A DNA stretch of 64,000 nt from assembly GCA_029858305.1 (NCBI GenBank), contig JAOUFI010000001.1, positions 160,001 to 224,000 on the forward strand, written 5' to 3'. Shown in pieces: positions 9,721 through 19,381 of the stretch. The stretch comes from Candidatus Thorarchaeota archaeon (GTDB taxonomy: Archaea > Asgardarchaeota > Thorarchaeia > Thorarchaeales > Thorarchaeaceae). The stretch's first letter is position 1; every line of letters begins with the position of its first letter. Both the position numbers and the translations under genes were made by a program. Below the pieces are notes generated by a model. The model worked only from the letters and a program-made list of their open reading frames with translations, was not told the origin of the DNA and made no database searches.

Positions 9721-11709
9721 CTACAGACGTTCGTTGACTAGGGTTTCAACAACAGAGGGGTCAGCCAGAGTTGTGACATCGCCAAGGTCATCTATCTGAC
9801 CAGCTGCAATTCTCTTGAGAATTCTTCTCATAATTTTACCAGAGCGGGTCTTTGGAAGAGCATCTGCGAACTGCACCTTTGCGGGAGTAGCTATGGGGCC
9901 TACATCGTTTCGAACATGATTTCTAAGTTCTTGGCGTAGTTCCTCAGTCTTCTCAACACCCATCTTGAGCGTCACAAAGCAATAGATGTCTTCACCCTTA
10001 ATCTCATGGGGGAATCCAACAACAGCACACTCAGCAACAGCGGGATGTTTTACAAGTGAGGACTCAATCTCAGCCGTCCCAAGTCTGTGACCTGACACTT
10101 TTAGAACGTCATCGAGGCGTCCCATCACGAAGTAGTATCCATCTTTGTTGAACCGAGCGCCATCACCAGTGTAGTACATCGGATTCTTATCTGCAGGATT
10201 CTTGAACTGCACCCAATACGTATCTACGAATCGTTTGTGGTTGCCATAAACAGTTCTCATGAGACCAGGCCAAGGTTTCTTGAAGCAGAGATAACCACCC
10301 TCGTTGGGACCAACAGGCACCCCGTCTTCTGCAACGATAATAGGGTCAAGACCAAAATATGGGAAGGTTGCTGAACCTGGGATTGTAGGTGTTGCCCCAG
10401 GTAGCGGTGTAAGAATCACACCACCGGTTTCGGTCTGCCAATATGTGTCAACGATAGGGCATTTCTCCTTGCCAATCATTCTGTAGTACCACATCCAAGC
10501 CTCTGGATTGATTGGCTCTCCAACAGTACCAAGAAGATTCAAACTTGATAGATCATGCTTCAAAACAGGTTCGTTGCCAAATCTCATTAATGCGCGGATT
10601 GCTGTAGGTGCAGTATAGAACTGAGTCACCTTCCAGCGTTCGACTTCTAGCCAGAAACGGTCGTTATCAGGGTATGTTGGTACGGACTCGTACATCAGGG
10701 TAGTAGCACCAGCTGAAAGAGGTCCGTATACAATGTAAGAATGTCCAGTAATCCATCCAATGTCAGCTGTGCACCAATAGATGTCACCTGGATGCCAATC
10801 AAAGATATTCAAAAATGAGTGGGTCGTGTAAACCATGAAACCACCCGTTGTGTGAAGTACACCTTTTGGCTTACCAGTTGAGCCGGATGTATAGAGAATG
10901 AACAATGGATCCTCAGCCTTCATCCACTCAGTTTCACACTTATCACTGACCTTTGCGTATTCCTCGTGATACCAGACATCTCTGCCCTCGGTCCATGGGA
11001 CATCAATTCCAACTCTCTTGATTATCAGAACTTTTTCTACAACCGGAGTGGATTCGAGAGCTGTGTCAGCACCAGCCTTCTGTGGGATAGTCTTGCCGCT
11101 GCGGTAATATCCATCAGCAGTTACTAAGACCTTCCCCTGACAGTCTTGAATTCTATCTACGAGCGAATCAGCACTAAATCCACCAAATACAATACTGTGA
11201 ATTGCTCCAATCTTCACACAAGCAAGCATGATGATTGCCAGCTCAGGAATCATTGGAAGGTAGATAGTGATCCTATCACCCTTCTTGACACCTAGGTTCT
11301 TCAGAACATTCGCTGCCTTGTTGACCTCGCTAAGAAGCTGCTTGTAGGTGTAAGTCTTTGACTCATCAAGAGGTTCGCCTTGCCAAATCAAAGCAATTTG
11401 ATCGCCTTTACCAGCGTTAACGTGTTTGTCAAGACAATTGTAAGCCATATTGGTAATGCCATCTTCAAACCACGTAAACTCTGCATTTTTAGGATTCTTC
11501 CAATCAAACCCTTTTGTCGGTTCTTTCTTCCAGTAGCAAAGTTCCTTTGCTGCCTTTAACCAGAAGGTATCAGTGTGTTCGATGGACTCTTTCCAGATTT
11601 TCATCCTCTCTGCCTGGCTTTTTACATAGGCCTTTTTGGAGAAGCTCTTTGGAGGGTCGAAGCGCCGTTCCTCCTGGCTATATACTGTAATCTTCTTATC
11701 TTCTGACAA
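9721..11709 (-). CDS. acs: AMP-forming acetyl-CoA synthetase
   Basis: YTSGSTGKPKG, DTYWQTETG, GRLDDVLKVSGHRLGTAEIES, LPKTRSGKIMRR. Confidence 0.96.
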   Translation of the reverse strand: MSEDKKITVYSQEERRFDPPKSFSKKAYVKSQAERMKIWKESIEHTDTFWLKAAKELCYWKKEPTKGFDWKNPKNAEFTWFEDGITNMAYNCLDKHVNAGKGDQIALIWQGEPLDESKTYTYKQLLSEVNKAANVLKNLGVKKGDRITIYLPMIPELAIIMLACVKIGAIHSIVFGGFSADSLVDRIQDCQGKVLVTADGYYRSGKTIPQKAGADTALESTPVVEKVLIIKRVGIDVPWTEGRDVWYHEEYAKVSDKCETEWMKAEDPLFILYTSGSTGKPKGVLHTTGGFMVYTTHSFLNIFDWHPGDIYWCTADIGWITGHSYIVYGPLSAGATTLMYESVPTYPDNDRFWLEVERWKVTQFYTAPTAIRALMRFGNEPVLKHDLSSLNLLGTVGEPINPEAWMWYYRMIGKEKCPIVDTYWQTETGGVILTPLPGATPTIPGSATFPYFGLDPIIVAEDGVPVGPNEGGYLCFKKPWPGLMRTVYGNHKRFVDTYWVQFKNPADKNPMYYTGDGARFNKDGYYFVMGRLDDVLKVSGHRLGTAEIESSLVKHPAVAECAVVGFPHEIKGEDIYCFVTLKMGVEKTEELRQELRNHVRNDVGPIATPAKVQFADALPKTRSGKIMRRILKRIAAGQIDDLGDVTTLADPSVVETLVNERL

Positions 11710-11813
11710 AATCGGTCACCAAATTCGGTCGATGATATGAGCCGAGGAGCAAAAAATGTACTATATGAAGCTTGTCAAATCGGAATGAAAGCATTGAAAA
11801 GTTGTGGTTGCTG

Positions 11814-11855
11814 AAAAAAGAAAAGAAGAGGTCAAAGAAAATAGTTCGACCTCTT
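11814..11855 (-). terminator. Stem-loop plus pyrimidine tract after the MFS gene
   Basis: AAGAGGTC/GACCTCTT 8-bp stem followed by TTCTTTTCTTTTTT on the minus strand. Confidence 0.55.
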
Positions 11856-11865
11856 AATCAATTAA

Positions 11866-13137
11866 TTATGAATTCTTGCGCTTCGCCTTGAGTATCAAAG
11901 TGAAGAGTACTGCGATGAGTGCTAGAATACCAGTCACAATAAACGCCATGAAGTATGACCCAGTAGCGTCCTTAATGGGGCCTGCTACGAATGCTCCGGT
12001 AATTCCGGCAATACCATACGCAGTAAACATTACGCCATAGTTCTTTCCAACGTTTTTGCTACCAAAGAAATCTGCAGTCGCTGATGGGAATAAAGCAAAA
12101 TTACCACCGAAACAGAAGCCAATCAGTGAAGCAATTCCCATGACAGCGAACCAACTAATGGACAGGGTTGTCATCAAAGCAAATGTGAACATTCCGATTG
12201 CGAGAATAATAAACATGAGAATCATTGTGTTTTCGCGACCTAATTTGTCGGATAATGCACCCCATACAATTCGTCCTGCTGCGTTGAGTATACTCATTAT
12301 TCCAACAAGAATCACAGCATCTGTCGTGGTATCAATTGCCAATGAAGCAGTCTTCACGTTACCAATGGTCATGAGACCAGCGGTAGCAGCAAAAACGAAC
12401 ATCAACCAGAGGAGCCAGAAGGTTGAGGTTCGAATCATTTGACCAGGCATCATACCAGTACCAGCACCGTCAGCTATCGTTACAGGGGGAGTGTAACCAG
12501 CTGGGAGCCAACCTTCAGGAGGATTAACAAGTACCTGAGCGCCCAGTACGACAAGAACAAGGTACACGACACCAAGAACTATCATTGGCACCCCAATGTT
12601 AAGTGTGGTAGGCACATTGTAGAAACTCAGAAGAATGGTTTCTACCCAACCAAAGATGAGTGCGCCCGCACCAAAACCGGCTACAGCAATACCAGTGATA
12701 GTACCTTTCTTGTCAGGAAACCACTTTACTAGAGCTGCAATTGGACAGACATAGGCAAACCCAATACCTGCACCACCAATTATACCATATGTAATGACAA
12801 GGTAAATTGTGCCTAGAAGTGCATTACCACCTGCGATTGTATCAACAAAAAAGGCGGAGATATAACCAGCACCAAGAAGAATTCCACCAAATGTGGCAAC
12901 TTTTCTGGGACCTACACGATCTTGCCATCTTCCTGCAAAGATCATAAAAAGTGCAAACGATGCCAAACCAGCTGCGAATGGGAGCAGTGAATATAGAGAG
13001 GGCCATTGATATGCGCCACTTGGAGCATTTAGTGCCGTCTGAAAGAAGGACCAAGCGTATATCGAACCCAAGCAAAGCTGAACAATTAGCGCGCCGAGAA
13101 TGACAAGGTTTCTATTACCGATTTTTTGTTCCGACAT
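11866..13137 (-). CDS. MFS transporter, OFA (oxalate/formate, monocarboxylate) family
   Basis: LGSIYAWS, GRWQDRVGPR, KWFPDKKG..TG.AVAGFGAG, DFFGSKNVGKNYG. Confidence 0.9.
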   Translation of the reverse strand: MSEQKIGNRNLVILGALIVQLCLGSIYAWSFFQTALNAPSGAYQWPSLYSLLPFAAGLASFALFMIFAGRWQDRVGPRKVATFGGILLGAGYISAFFVDTIAGGNALLGTIYLVITYGIIGGAGIGFAYVCPIAALVKWFPDKKGTITGIAVAGFGAGALIFGWVETILLSFYNVPTTLNIGVPMIVLGVVYLVLVVLGAQVLVNPPEGWLPAGYTPPVTIADGAGTGMMPGQMIRTSTFWLLWLMFVFAATAGLMTIGNVKTASLAIDTTTDAVILVGIMSILNAAGRIVWGALSDKLGRENTMILMFIILAIGMFTFALMTTLSISWFAVMGIASLIGFCFGGNFALFPSATADFFGSKNVGKNYGVMFTAYGIAGITGAFVAGPIKDATGSYFMAFIVTGILALIAVLFTLILKAKRKNS

Positions 13138-13306
13138 ATGACACCCACCTGAAAGTGTGTCAGAAATTACATCCTCTGCGATTTGTTCCACACTAAAAGC
13201 CTTCCGACTTTTAGATGAGTAACTGACCATTCTCTGCGTAGTATGTCACTTGGAAACGTCTTTATATCGAGTATAAACCATCTCCTTGACAACAGAGGGT
13301 TTACAT

Positions 13307-15193
13307 ATGGTTGCAACTGACTGGACTCAAAAATACAAGAGTAAGATTCTGACAGCCTCAAAAGCCATTACGAAAGTCAGACGTGGGTCAAGAATCTTTC
13401 TTGGAACTGGATGTGGTGTGCCCTACCACCTTGTACAAGAGTTAGCTGCTCATGCTAATCAGATGGCAGATAACGAGATTGTGCACCTTCTCACTCTCGG
13501 AGATACACCATCTGCAGATTCAAAATTCCAGACACAGTTCCGGCATAATACTTTCTTTGTGAGCGCCAACATCAGGGATGCAGTTTCAGAAGGGCGCGCG
13601 GATTATACACCAATCATGCTCTCGGATATTCCAGACCTATTCAGACAGAAGAGAATGCCACTAGATGTTGCTATGATACAGATTAGCCCTCCCGACAGAT
13701 ATGGATACTGTTCACTAGGAATCTCTGTGGATATAACAAAAGCAGCCTCTGAGAGCGCAGACATTGTTATCGCGCAGGTCAATGATAAGATGCCAATAAC
13801 GCATGGCGACTCATTTGTTGATATTAGAGAGATTGATTATCTTGTTCCCTTCAATGAACCATTAAGAGAATTCCAAGGTGATGAGATCACTGAAACAGTA
13901 GATCTTATTGGTAGTTATGTTGCGAGATTGGTGGAGAACGAGTCGACTCTAGAACTTGGTATTGGTGCACTCCCACAGGCTGTATGTAACAACCTTCTTG
14001 ATTCTGGAGTTCAGGATCTCGGCATCCATACAGAGATGTTCAGTGATAGTCTATTACCTCTAATAGATGCAGGTATTGTGACCAATAAGAAAAAGTCAAT
14101 CAACAAAGGAAAAGTAATTGCTAGCTTTGCGATGGGATCAAGGAAACTTTACGAATACATTGATGACAACCCATTCTTTCATTTTCATGATACAGCGTAT
14201 GTAAACGACCCTTATGTTATTGGACAAAACAGGAAGATGATAGCAATCAACTCAGCTCTCGAGGTAGATCTTACAGGTCAAGTATGTGCAGACTCTCTTG
14301 GGCATAGGTTCTACAGCGGAATTGGTGGCCAAGTTGACTTCATCAGGGGTGCAAAGAGGTCTCAAGGAGGTAAGGCAATCATTTGTCTGCAATCTACAGC
14401 AATGGAAGGAACAGTTTCGAGAATAGTGCCCCAGTTGAGCGAGGGCTCTGGCGTAGTAACCACTCGTGGAGATGTAGATGTGATTATTACAGAATATGGT
14501 CTGGCGAACATGCATGGAAAGACAATCAGAGAACGCGTATTGTCACTCATTGCCATAGCGCATCCGAAGTTCCGAAACGATCTCCTCGATGCAGCTAAGA
14601 AAATGAGGTATGTCTTCGAGGACCAAGTTCCATTCCTTGTGCAGGGGACATACTTCGCCACTGAATATGAAATAACAGAGAGATTCAAGGGTCCAGATGG
14701 ACCTGTTGATGTGCATTTCAGACTTATACGACCAGACGATACTGATCGTATCAAGGAGTTGTTCTACGGTCTCAGCGAGGAAAGTATCTACTTTAGATTC
14801 CTCACACCGCTACGGAGCCTGAGAAGGCAGACTCTTCAGGATTTCTATAATGTAGATCAGTCACGCGATATCAGTGTCGTAGCTGTCATAAAATCAGATG
14901 AAGAGGGCGAAACTGAGAGAATCATTGGTGCAGGAAGATATGTTCTCAACAGAAGTACAAATGAGGCAGAATTTGCACTCCTTGTTAATGACGACTATCA
15001 AAACAGAGGAATTGGTACATTCTTGCTGAACCACCTTATGAGGATTGCAAAGAGTAAGGGCGTTGATGCATTCATTGCATATGTTCATCCACAGAACCAG
15101 CCAATGATTAGATTCATCCACAAGACTGGAAAGGTTGTAGAGAGTAAGATATCTATACAGGATGAAGAGTACGTATTTCGGCTTAAACTATAG
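13307..15193 (+). CDS. Acetyl-CoA hydrolase/CoA-transferase fused to a C-terminal Pat-like GNAT acetyltransferase
   Basis: LGIGALP, IHTEMFSD, YSGIGGQVDF, then SIYFRF...AEFALLVNDDYQNRGIG. Confidence 0.9.
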   Translation: MVATDWTQKYKSKILTASKAITKVRRGSRIFLGTGCGVPYHLVQELAAHANQMADNEIVHLLTLGDTPSADSKFQTQFRHNTFFVSANIRDAVSEGRADYTPIMLSDIPDLFRQKRMPLDVAMIQISPPDRYGYCSLGISVDITKAASESADIVIAQVNDKMPITHGDSFVDIREIDYLVPFNEPLREFQGDEITETVDLIGSYVARLVENESTLELGIGALPQAVCNNLLDSGVQDLGIHTEMFSDSLLPLIDAGIVTNKKKSINKGKVIASFAMGSRKLYEYIDDNPFFHFHDTAYVNDPYVIGQNRKMIAINSALEVDLTGQVCADSLGHRFYSGIGGQVDFIRGAKRSQGGKAIICLQSTAMEGTVSRIVPQLSEGSGVVTTRGDVDVIITEYGLANMHGKTIRERVLSLIAIAHPKFRNDLLDAAKKMRYVFEDQVPFLVQGTYFATEYEITERFKGPDGPVDVHFRLIRPDDTDRIKELFYGLSEESIYFRFLTPLRSLRRQTLQDFYNVDQSRDISVVAVIKSDEEGETERIIGAGRYVLNRSTNEAEFALLVNDDYQNRGIGTFLLNHLMRIAKSKGVDAFIAYVHPQNQPMIRFIHKTGKVVESKISIQDEEYVFRLKL

Positions 15194-15250
15194 ACATCTA
15201 TATGCTACATATATCACTCAAAGACTTCGATATAATCCAAGTGAACACCC

Positions 15251-16456
15251 ATGAGCGATACTCTTCTGAAAGCTGGGACTGTAATTGTAGGAAATGGTAG
15301 TCAAATCGAGAACGTATCAATCTTGATTCAAAACGGGATTATCTCAAGATTAGAGAGAGAGATTCCCATAGGTCCGGAAATGGATGTGCTTGAATTTTCT
15401 GACTGTGTGGTCATGCCAGGTATGATTGATCCGCATGTTCATGTTTGCTTTGATGGTTCACCAAACATGGCTGAAACACAGAAACTCGCTGATGAGTTGC
15501 TTGCAATCAGAGGTAGTAAGTTATTGGAAACCCTCCTCCAACATGGAGTGACAACTGTTGGTGATGCGGCAGGACGGGGAAATGTTCCTTTTGCGGTGAA
15601 AGAGGCAATTGATCGAGGAATTGCCAAAGGACCACGTTTTCTTCCCTGTGGAAGAATGATCACGATAACAGGTGGAAGAGATCCTCTCGCTGGGGCAAAT
15701 GAGGCAGATGGTGCTGACAATGTACGACGGGCGGTCCGGGAAGAGATTGGAAGAGGGGTATACTATGTCAAACTGGCTGCAACGGGAGCTATGACATCTG
15801 AACATACAGAGAGTATGAGTATTCAGTTCAATCAAGAAGAACTACAGGCAGCAGCTGATGAGGCTAGGAAAGTTGGAAAGAGGTCTCATTCACATGCCTA
15901 TGGAGAAGAGGGAATCAGGAACACTATACTTGCAGGAGTCGATGTGCTTGTTCATGGTCATCCACTCAGTAAAGAGAACATCGAACTGATGAAGAAGCAC
16001 AAGACCATGTACATGCCAACCATGGTGACCTACTATGAATCACAACTTCATCATGATGACGGAGACCTTCCAGAATTTATGGTTCGAAAAGAGAAGGAGA
16101 TATTCCCGCTCATAGAAGAGGGAGTACGAAATGCTGTCAAAGCTGGGATAGAGCTGGTGGTTGGAACCGATTCAGGGATGCCCTATACCTACTATGGAAA
16201 GTCCACCCCAGAAGAGATGGAACTACTCGTGAGATTGGGTGGTGCCACAGAGATGCAAGCCATTGTTGCAGGTACAAGAAACGCTGCAAGATCAATGAGT
16301 ATCGAATCAAAGGTTGGAACAATTGAACCAGGCAAGTCAGCGGATTTGTTGATTCTTGTTCAAGGAAAGAATCCTCTAGAGGATATCTCGATTCTACAAG
16401 ACACACAATCAATTAAGAGAGTCATCCTCAGAGGAAAGACTGTAGTTGAGAGATAG
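15251..16456 (+). CDS. Metal-dependent amidohydrolase (imidazolonepropionase/Xaa-Pro dipeptidase-like)
   Basis: PGMIDPHVH, HSHAYG, VHGH, GTDSG, GTIEPGKSADL. Confidence 0.9.
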   Translation: MSDTLLKAGTVIVGNGSQIENVSILIQNGIISRLEREIPIGPEMDVLEFSDCVVMPGMIDPHVHVCFDGSPNMAETQKLADELLAIRGSKLLETLLQHGVTTVGDAAGRGNVPFAVKEAIDRGIAKGPRFLPCGRMITITGGRDPLAGANEADGADNVRRAVREEIGRGVYYVKLAATGAMTSEHTESMSIQFNQEELQAAADEARKVGKRSHSHAYGEEGIRNTILAGVDVLVHGHPLSKENIELMKKHKTMYMPTMVTYYESQLHHDDGDLPEFMVRKEKEIFPLIEEGVRNAVKAGIELVVGTDSGMPYTYYGKSTPEEMELLVRLGGATEMQAIVAGTRNAARSMSIESKVGTIEPGKSADLLILVQGKNPLEDISILQDTQSIKRVILRGKTVVER

Positions 16457-16461
16457 AATTG

Positions 16462-16502
16462 GTTTGAAAAGAGATGGAGCAGACGGAGTGATATGCCTGC
16501 TC
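16462..16502 (-). terminator. Stem-loop plus pyrimidine tract
   Basis: GAGCAGGC-10nt-GTCTGCTC followed by CATCTCTTTTC on the minus strand. Confidence 0.45.
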
Positions 16503-16650
16503 TTATTTCAATATACTAGGTTGCTGTAGAAGCAATGGTGTGGATTTCACCCTCGTTTAAACTGGTTCATCAGGCGGTTCCCCTGATTGTGTATCTCATT
16601 CTCACCCCCAAAGAACTAGTATTTTCGTTGCAATTTTAGCACAGATAGAG

Positions 16651-16723
16651 TGAAGGCGCCACACCGCCGGGAAGCGGGAAACGACAGACACTAGATGTAA
16701 AATAGGAACCGTGGCGCCGTTCA
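16651..16723. ncRNA. Candidate structured RNA element of unknown family
   Basis: TGAA-GGCGCCAC ... GTGGCGCC-g-TTCA closing stem with an inner CCGC/GCGG hairpin; GC-rich patch in an AT-rich intergenic region. Confidence 0.35.
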
Positions 16724-16798
16724 ATTACTAATCACATCCAGTTCTAATAAGCACCTAGAAAATTACGAGAATATATTCAACGTACAACACAAAATGCC

Positions 16799-16987
16799 AT
16801 GACAAGTACGACTCTTATCTCTAGAATTCAGTACTTCACTCGAGAGCAACTTGAAGCAATTGATCAGATATTAAAATTACTTGATTCTGATGAATATCGA
16901 GACTACCATGACCAATTCGGTGTATGTAATGCCCCGGATACGATTGAGTCACTTCGAAAAGAGGTTCGTAATGCTCTCGAGAAATAA
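16799..16987 (+). CDS. Small hypothetical protein
   Basis: 62 aa ORF with plausible helical composition. Confidence 0.5.
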   Translation: MTSTTLISRIQYFTREQLEAIDQILKLLDSDEYRDYHDQFGVCNAPDTIESLRKEVRNALEK

Positions 16988-17065
16988 TGATGCGCTTATG
17001 ATGTTTTTAACATTAGGGACAGGTCTGTTTCTTGGTTGAGAATAAATCCAGATAATAATCCCCGC

Positions 17066-17317
17066 CTATGCCACGACAAAAATAGGTGGGAATAAGACAA
17101 AGTACTCTATTACTATAGATAGCAGTACTCCACCAGCCACGAAACTCTTTCCCCGACTTTGATTGACCTCAGTGAACCAGAGTATCGCACCTATTAGCAC
17201 TATGACAACACCTGAGATCTGCCCTATGAAGATTAGAAAGTCCCATATCTCGATGAAATATGATGTTATCAACTGTGCAAAGTTCGCAAGTGGTGATTGT
17301 AACAGCACTGGATTCAT
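17066..17317 (-). CDS. Small two-TM membrane protein, pilin-like (paralog 1)
   Basis: 83 aa; two hydrophobic helices around a basic RGK loop; paralog of 17406-17657. Confidence 0.75.
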   Translation of the reverse strand: MNPVLLQSPLANFAQLITSYFIEIWDFLIFIGQISGVVIVLIGAILWFTEVNQSRGKSFVAGGVLLSIVIEYFVLFPPIFVVA

Positions 17318-17405
17318 TATACTGACCCAAATCAGAGTGGTTCTTTGTTAATTTAAGGTCCTAGAAAGTGAGGACCTACGTATGGTTGAATAGATCATCA
17401 TAGAC

Positions 17406-17657
17406 TTATGGAGTGACAAAATCTGGTGGAAACAATACAAAGTACTCAACTACAATACAAAGAATGATTCCACCAAAGATGAGGCCACGACCACGAGGAA
17501 TATGTGCGTGAGTAAGCCAAATAATGGCACCAGTGAGTACTATAAGGACTCCCGAAACTCCACCAATAAAGATTAGAAAATCCCAGATCTCAATAATATA
17601 TCCTAGAATCAAGTCTGTAAAATTCTGAAGGGGTGATTGTAGCAATACTGGATTCAT
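17406..17657 (-). CDS. Small two-TM membrane protein, pilin-like (paralog 2)
   Basis: 83 aa; shares MNPVLLQSPL, IEIWDFLIFIG and EYFVLFPP with paralog 1. Confidence 0.75.
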   Translation of the reverse strand: MNPVLLQSPLQNFTDLILGYIIEIWDFLIFIGGVSGVLIVLTGAIIWLTHAHIPRGRGLIFGGIILCIVVEYFVLFPPDFVTP

Positions 17658-17761
17658 CGTCCTCTCATTCTAATTCACAATGATTCGATTTAAAGCTCCA
17701 AAGGGAGAAAATGCAAATGAAGAGAGGAAAAGTGATAAAAATAAGCAACCAAGGTCGATAA

Positions 17762-18310
17762 CTATAGATTGTAGATCATTTCCTTCGCAAAATTCTTCGC
17801 ATTTTCAATATCTTGAAGGGTAGGGTGTTTGCGAAGCTCTGGAAGATAATCATTCCATTCATCTTCGTCTGCGATGATTTCTTGATGTATGAAATGCTCA
17901 ATTGGCGGACTTGCTTTGCCCATACAATGAAAGAGTCCTAGGAGTTCTATGTCCCTCGCCTTACATGCGTTCTCGAAAGTCGGAATGCATCGACCTGCCC
18001 ATTGATCGTACAGCTCCTTTCTTCGATTGGTACCATCTGGCAAGTACGTTGAGTGTGTGAAGAAGCCCACAAGTTTGAACTTGGGAGATTTTGGTAAACG
18101 CTCTAGGAATCCTTTCACAGGTGGAGCCAAATCACTATCATGACATGGAGCTCCCACAAAAAGGAAGTCGTACTCATCTAGTGTATCAAGGTCTACTCTG
18201 CGTACTGTTTCAATGGCTGCTTCTCCGTTATCTGAGAGAACATCAAACATTGCTTCAGCTATCATCTTTGTATTGTTGGTCTGCGTGAAGTAAGCGACTA
18301 GAGATTTCAT
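17762..18310 (-). CDS. Flavodoxin family protein
   Basis: YFTQTNNTKMIAEAM, YDFLFVGAP, HPTLQDIENAKNFA. Confidence 0.85.
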   Translation of the reverse strand: MKSLVAYFTQTNNTKMIAEAMFDVLSDNGEAAIETVRRVDLDTLDEYDFLFVGAPCHDSDLAPPVKGFLERLPKSPKFKLVGFFTHSTYLPDGTNRRKELYDQWAGRCIPTFENACKARDIELLGLFHCMGKASPPIEHFIHQEIIADEDEWNDYLPELRKHPTLQDIENAKNFAKEMIYNL

Positions 18311-18382
18311 GAGAATCCCGAAACTTGGCAAGTAATAAATTCAATCTAATTATAAAATAATGAATGAAAATTCAGAAAATTA

Positions 18383-18460
18383 TGGTGGGCCCGACGCGAT
18401 TTGAACGCGCGATATCCGCCTTATCAGAGCGGCGCTATAACCAGTCTAAGCCACGGGCCC
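18383..18460 (-). tRNA. tRNA-Ile(GAT), no intron, CCA encoded
   Basis: GGGCCCG/CGGGCCC acceptor; CCGCT-CTGATAA-GGCGG anticodon arm; TTCAAAT T-loop. Confidence 0.96.
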
Positions 18461-18571
18461 CATGCGTTCGTGGTTCCGGTTTGTCTTTGTTAGCGATAAA
18501 AAGGTTATGACTGAGTGTCCTTTTTGATGTAACTAGATAATCTTTAGAGTTCCTTTTATTATAAAGAGGTC

Positions 18572-19222
18572 ATGAGGAAACAAGCTTCTGTCATTGGGAT
18601 AGTTCTGGTTGTGGCTATTACAGCTGGAGTCTTCTATCTTAGAGGTTTGGATGGAGGAGAGTACATAGCTCCTTTTGATAATGAAGGACGGTACGATTCG
18701 ACTATTCTCAACAATATGGGTGTAATTTACAGTAATCGATCGGACATTGCTCATTGGAACGATGGGTATAGCGAGAGTGATAGCTGCCCGTGGGGATTCA
18801 TACATAATGGTCTTGATTATTTCTTTTTCAATAACTCCGATGTTGTTGCCGCTGCCCCAGGTCTTGTCGAAGATATCGATATTGGCTATATAGAGAATAC
18901 TACTTTTTACAAAGTCGGAATGAAGGTTCGATTCAACGAGTCAGTGACCCTCGAGTACAGCTTTGAGGGAGAAGGAAATGAAATCCTACGAGCTCAACAA
19001 GTGGGAATGCTCAGCGTGCGGATAGGAGATTGGCTAGAAAAAGGAGATTTGATTGGTAGCTTCCTCAGGCCAGCAGAGTATGACCATGTTCACTTCGTTG
19101 TATATCTCAACGATGTGTCCATTTGTCCAAGGCTTGTTATGGCAGAGGATGAATATACAGAGATAATGGAATTAATCGAGCTCTTTCATCCAGGAGACGG
19201 TTGGCATCTATGTTACCCATGA
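18572..19222 (+). CDS. Membrane-anchored M23-like metallopeptidase domain protein
   Basis: N-terminal TM; HNGLD (HxxxD), VVAAAPGLV, GDWLEKGDLIG, HVHF (HxH). Confidence 0.7.
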   Translation: MRKQASVIGIVLVVAITAGVFYLRGLDGGEYIAPFDNEGRYDSTILNNMGVIYSNRSDIAHWNDGYSESDSCPWGFIHNGLDYFFFNNSDVVAAAPGLVEDIDIGYIENTTFYKVGMKVRFNESVTLEYSFEGEGNEILRAQQVGMLSVRIGDWLEKGDLIGSFLRPAEYDHVHFVVYLNDVSICPRLVMAEDEYTEIMELIELFHPGDGWHLCYP

Positions 19223-19381
19223 AACAACAAAGTCGTGAAGACTTATCATAATGCTTCAGGAAAACTCCTACTGATAAAATCAGAAACTCATAGTCGGCAT
19301 GCTTGAGCTGTGTAAAGACGGTCGCTTCATCATATGAAACAGATATAGACCACGATGCAATGTAGAAAATAGGTGATTTGA

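Noticed and set aside
16520-16600. Hammerhead-like core on the minus strand (CTGATGA-ACC...GGT-GAAA)
   Set aside because: Core and a 3-bp stem II are present, but I could not find stems I and III with a valid NUH site in any topology
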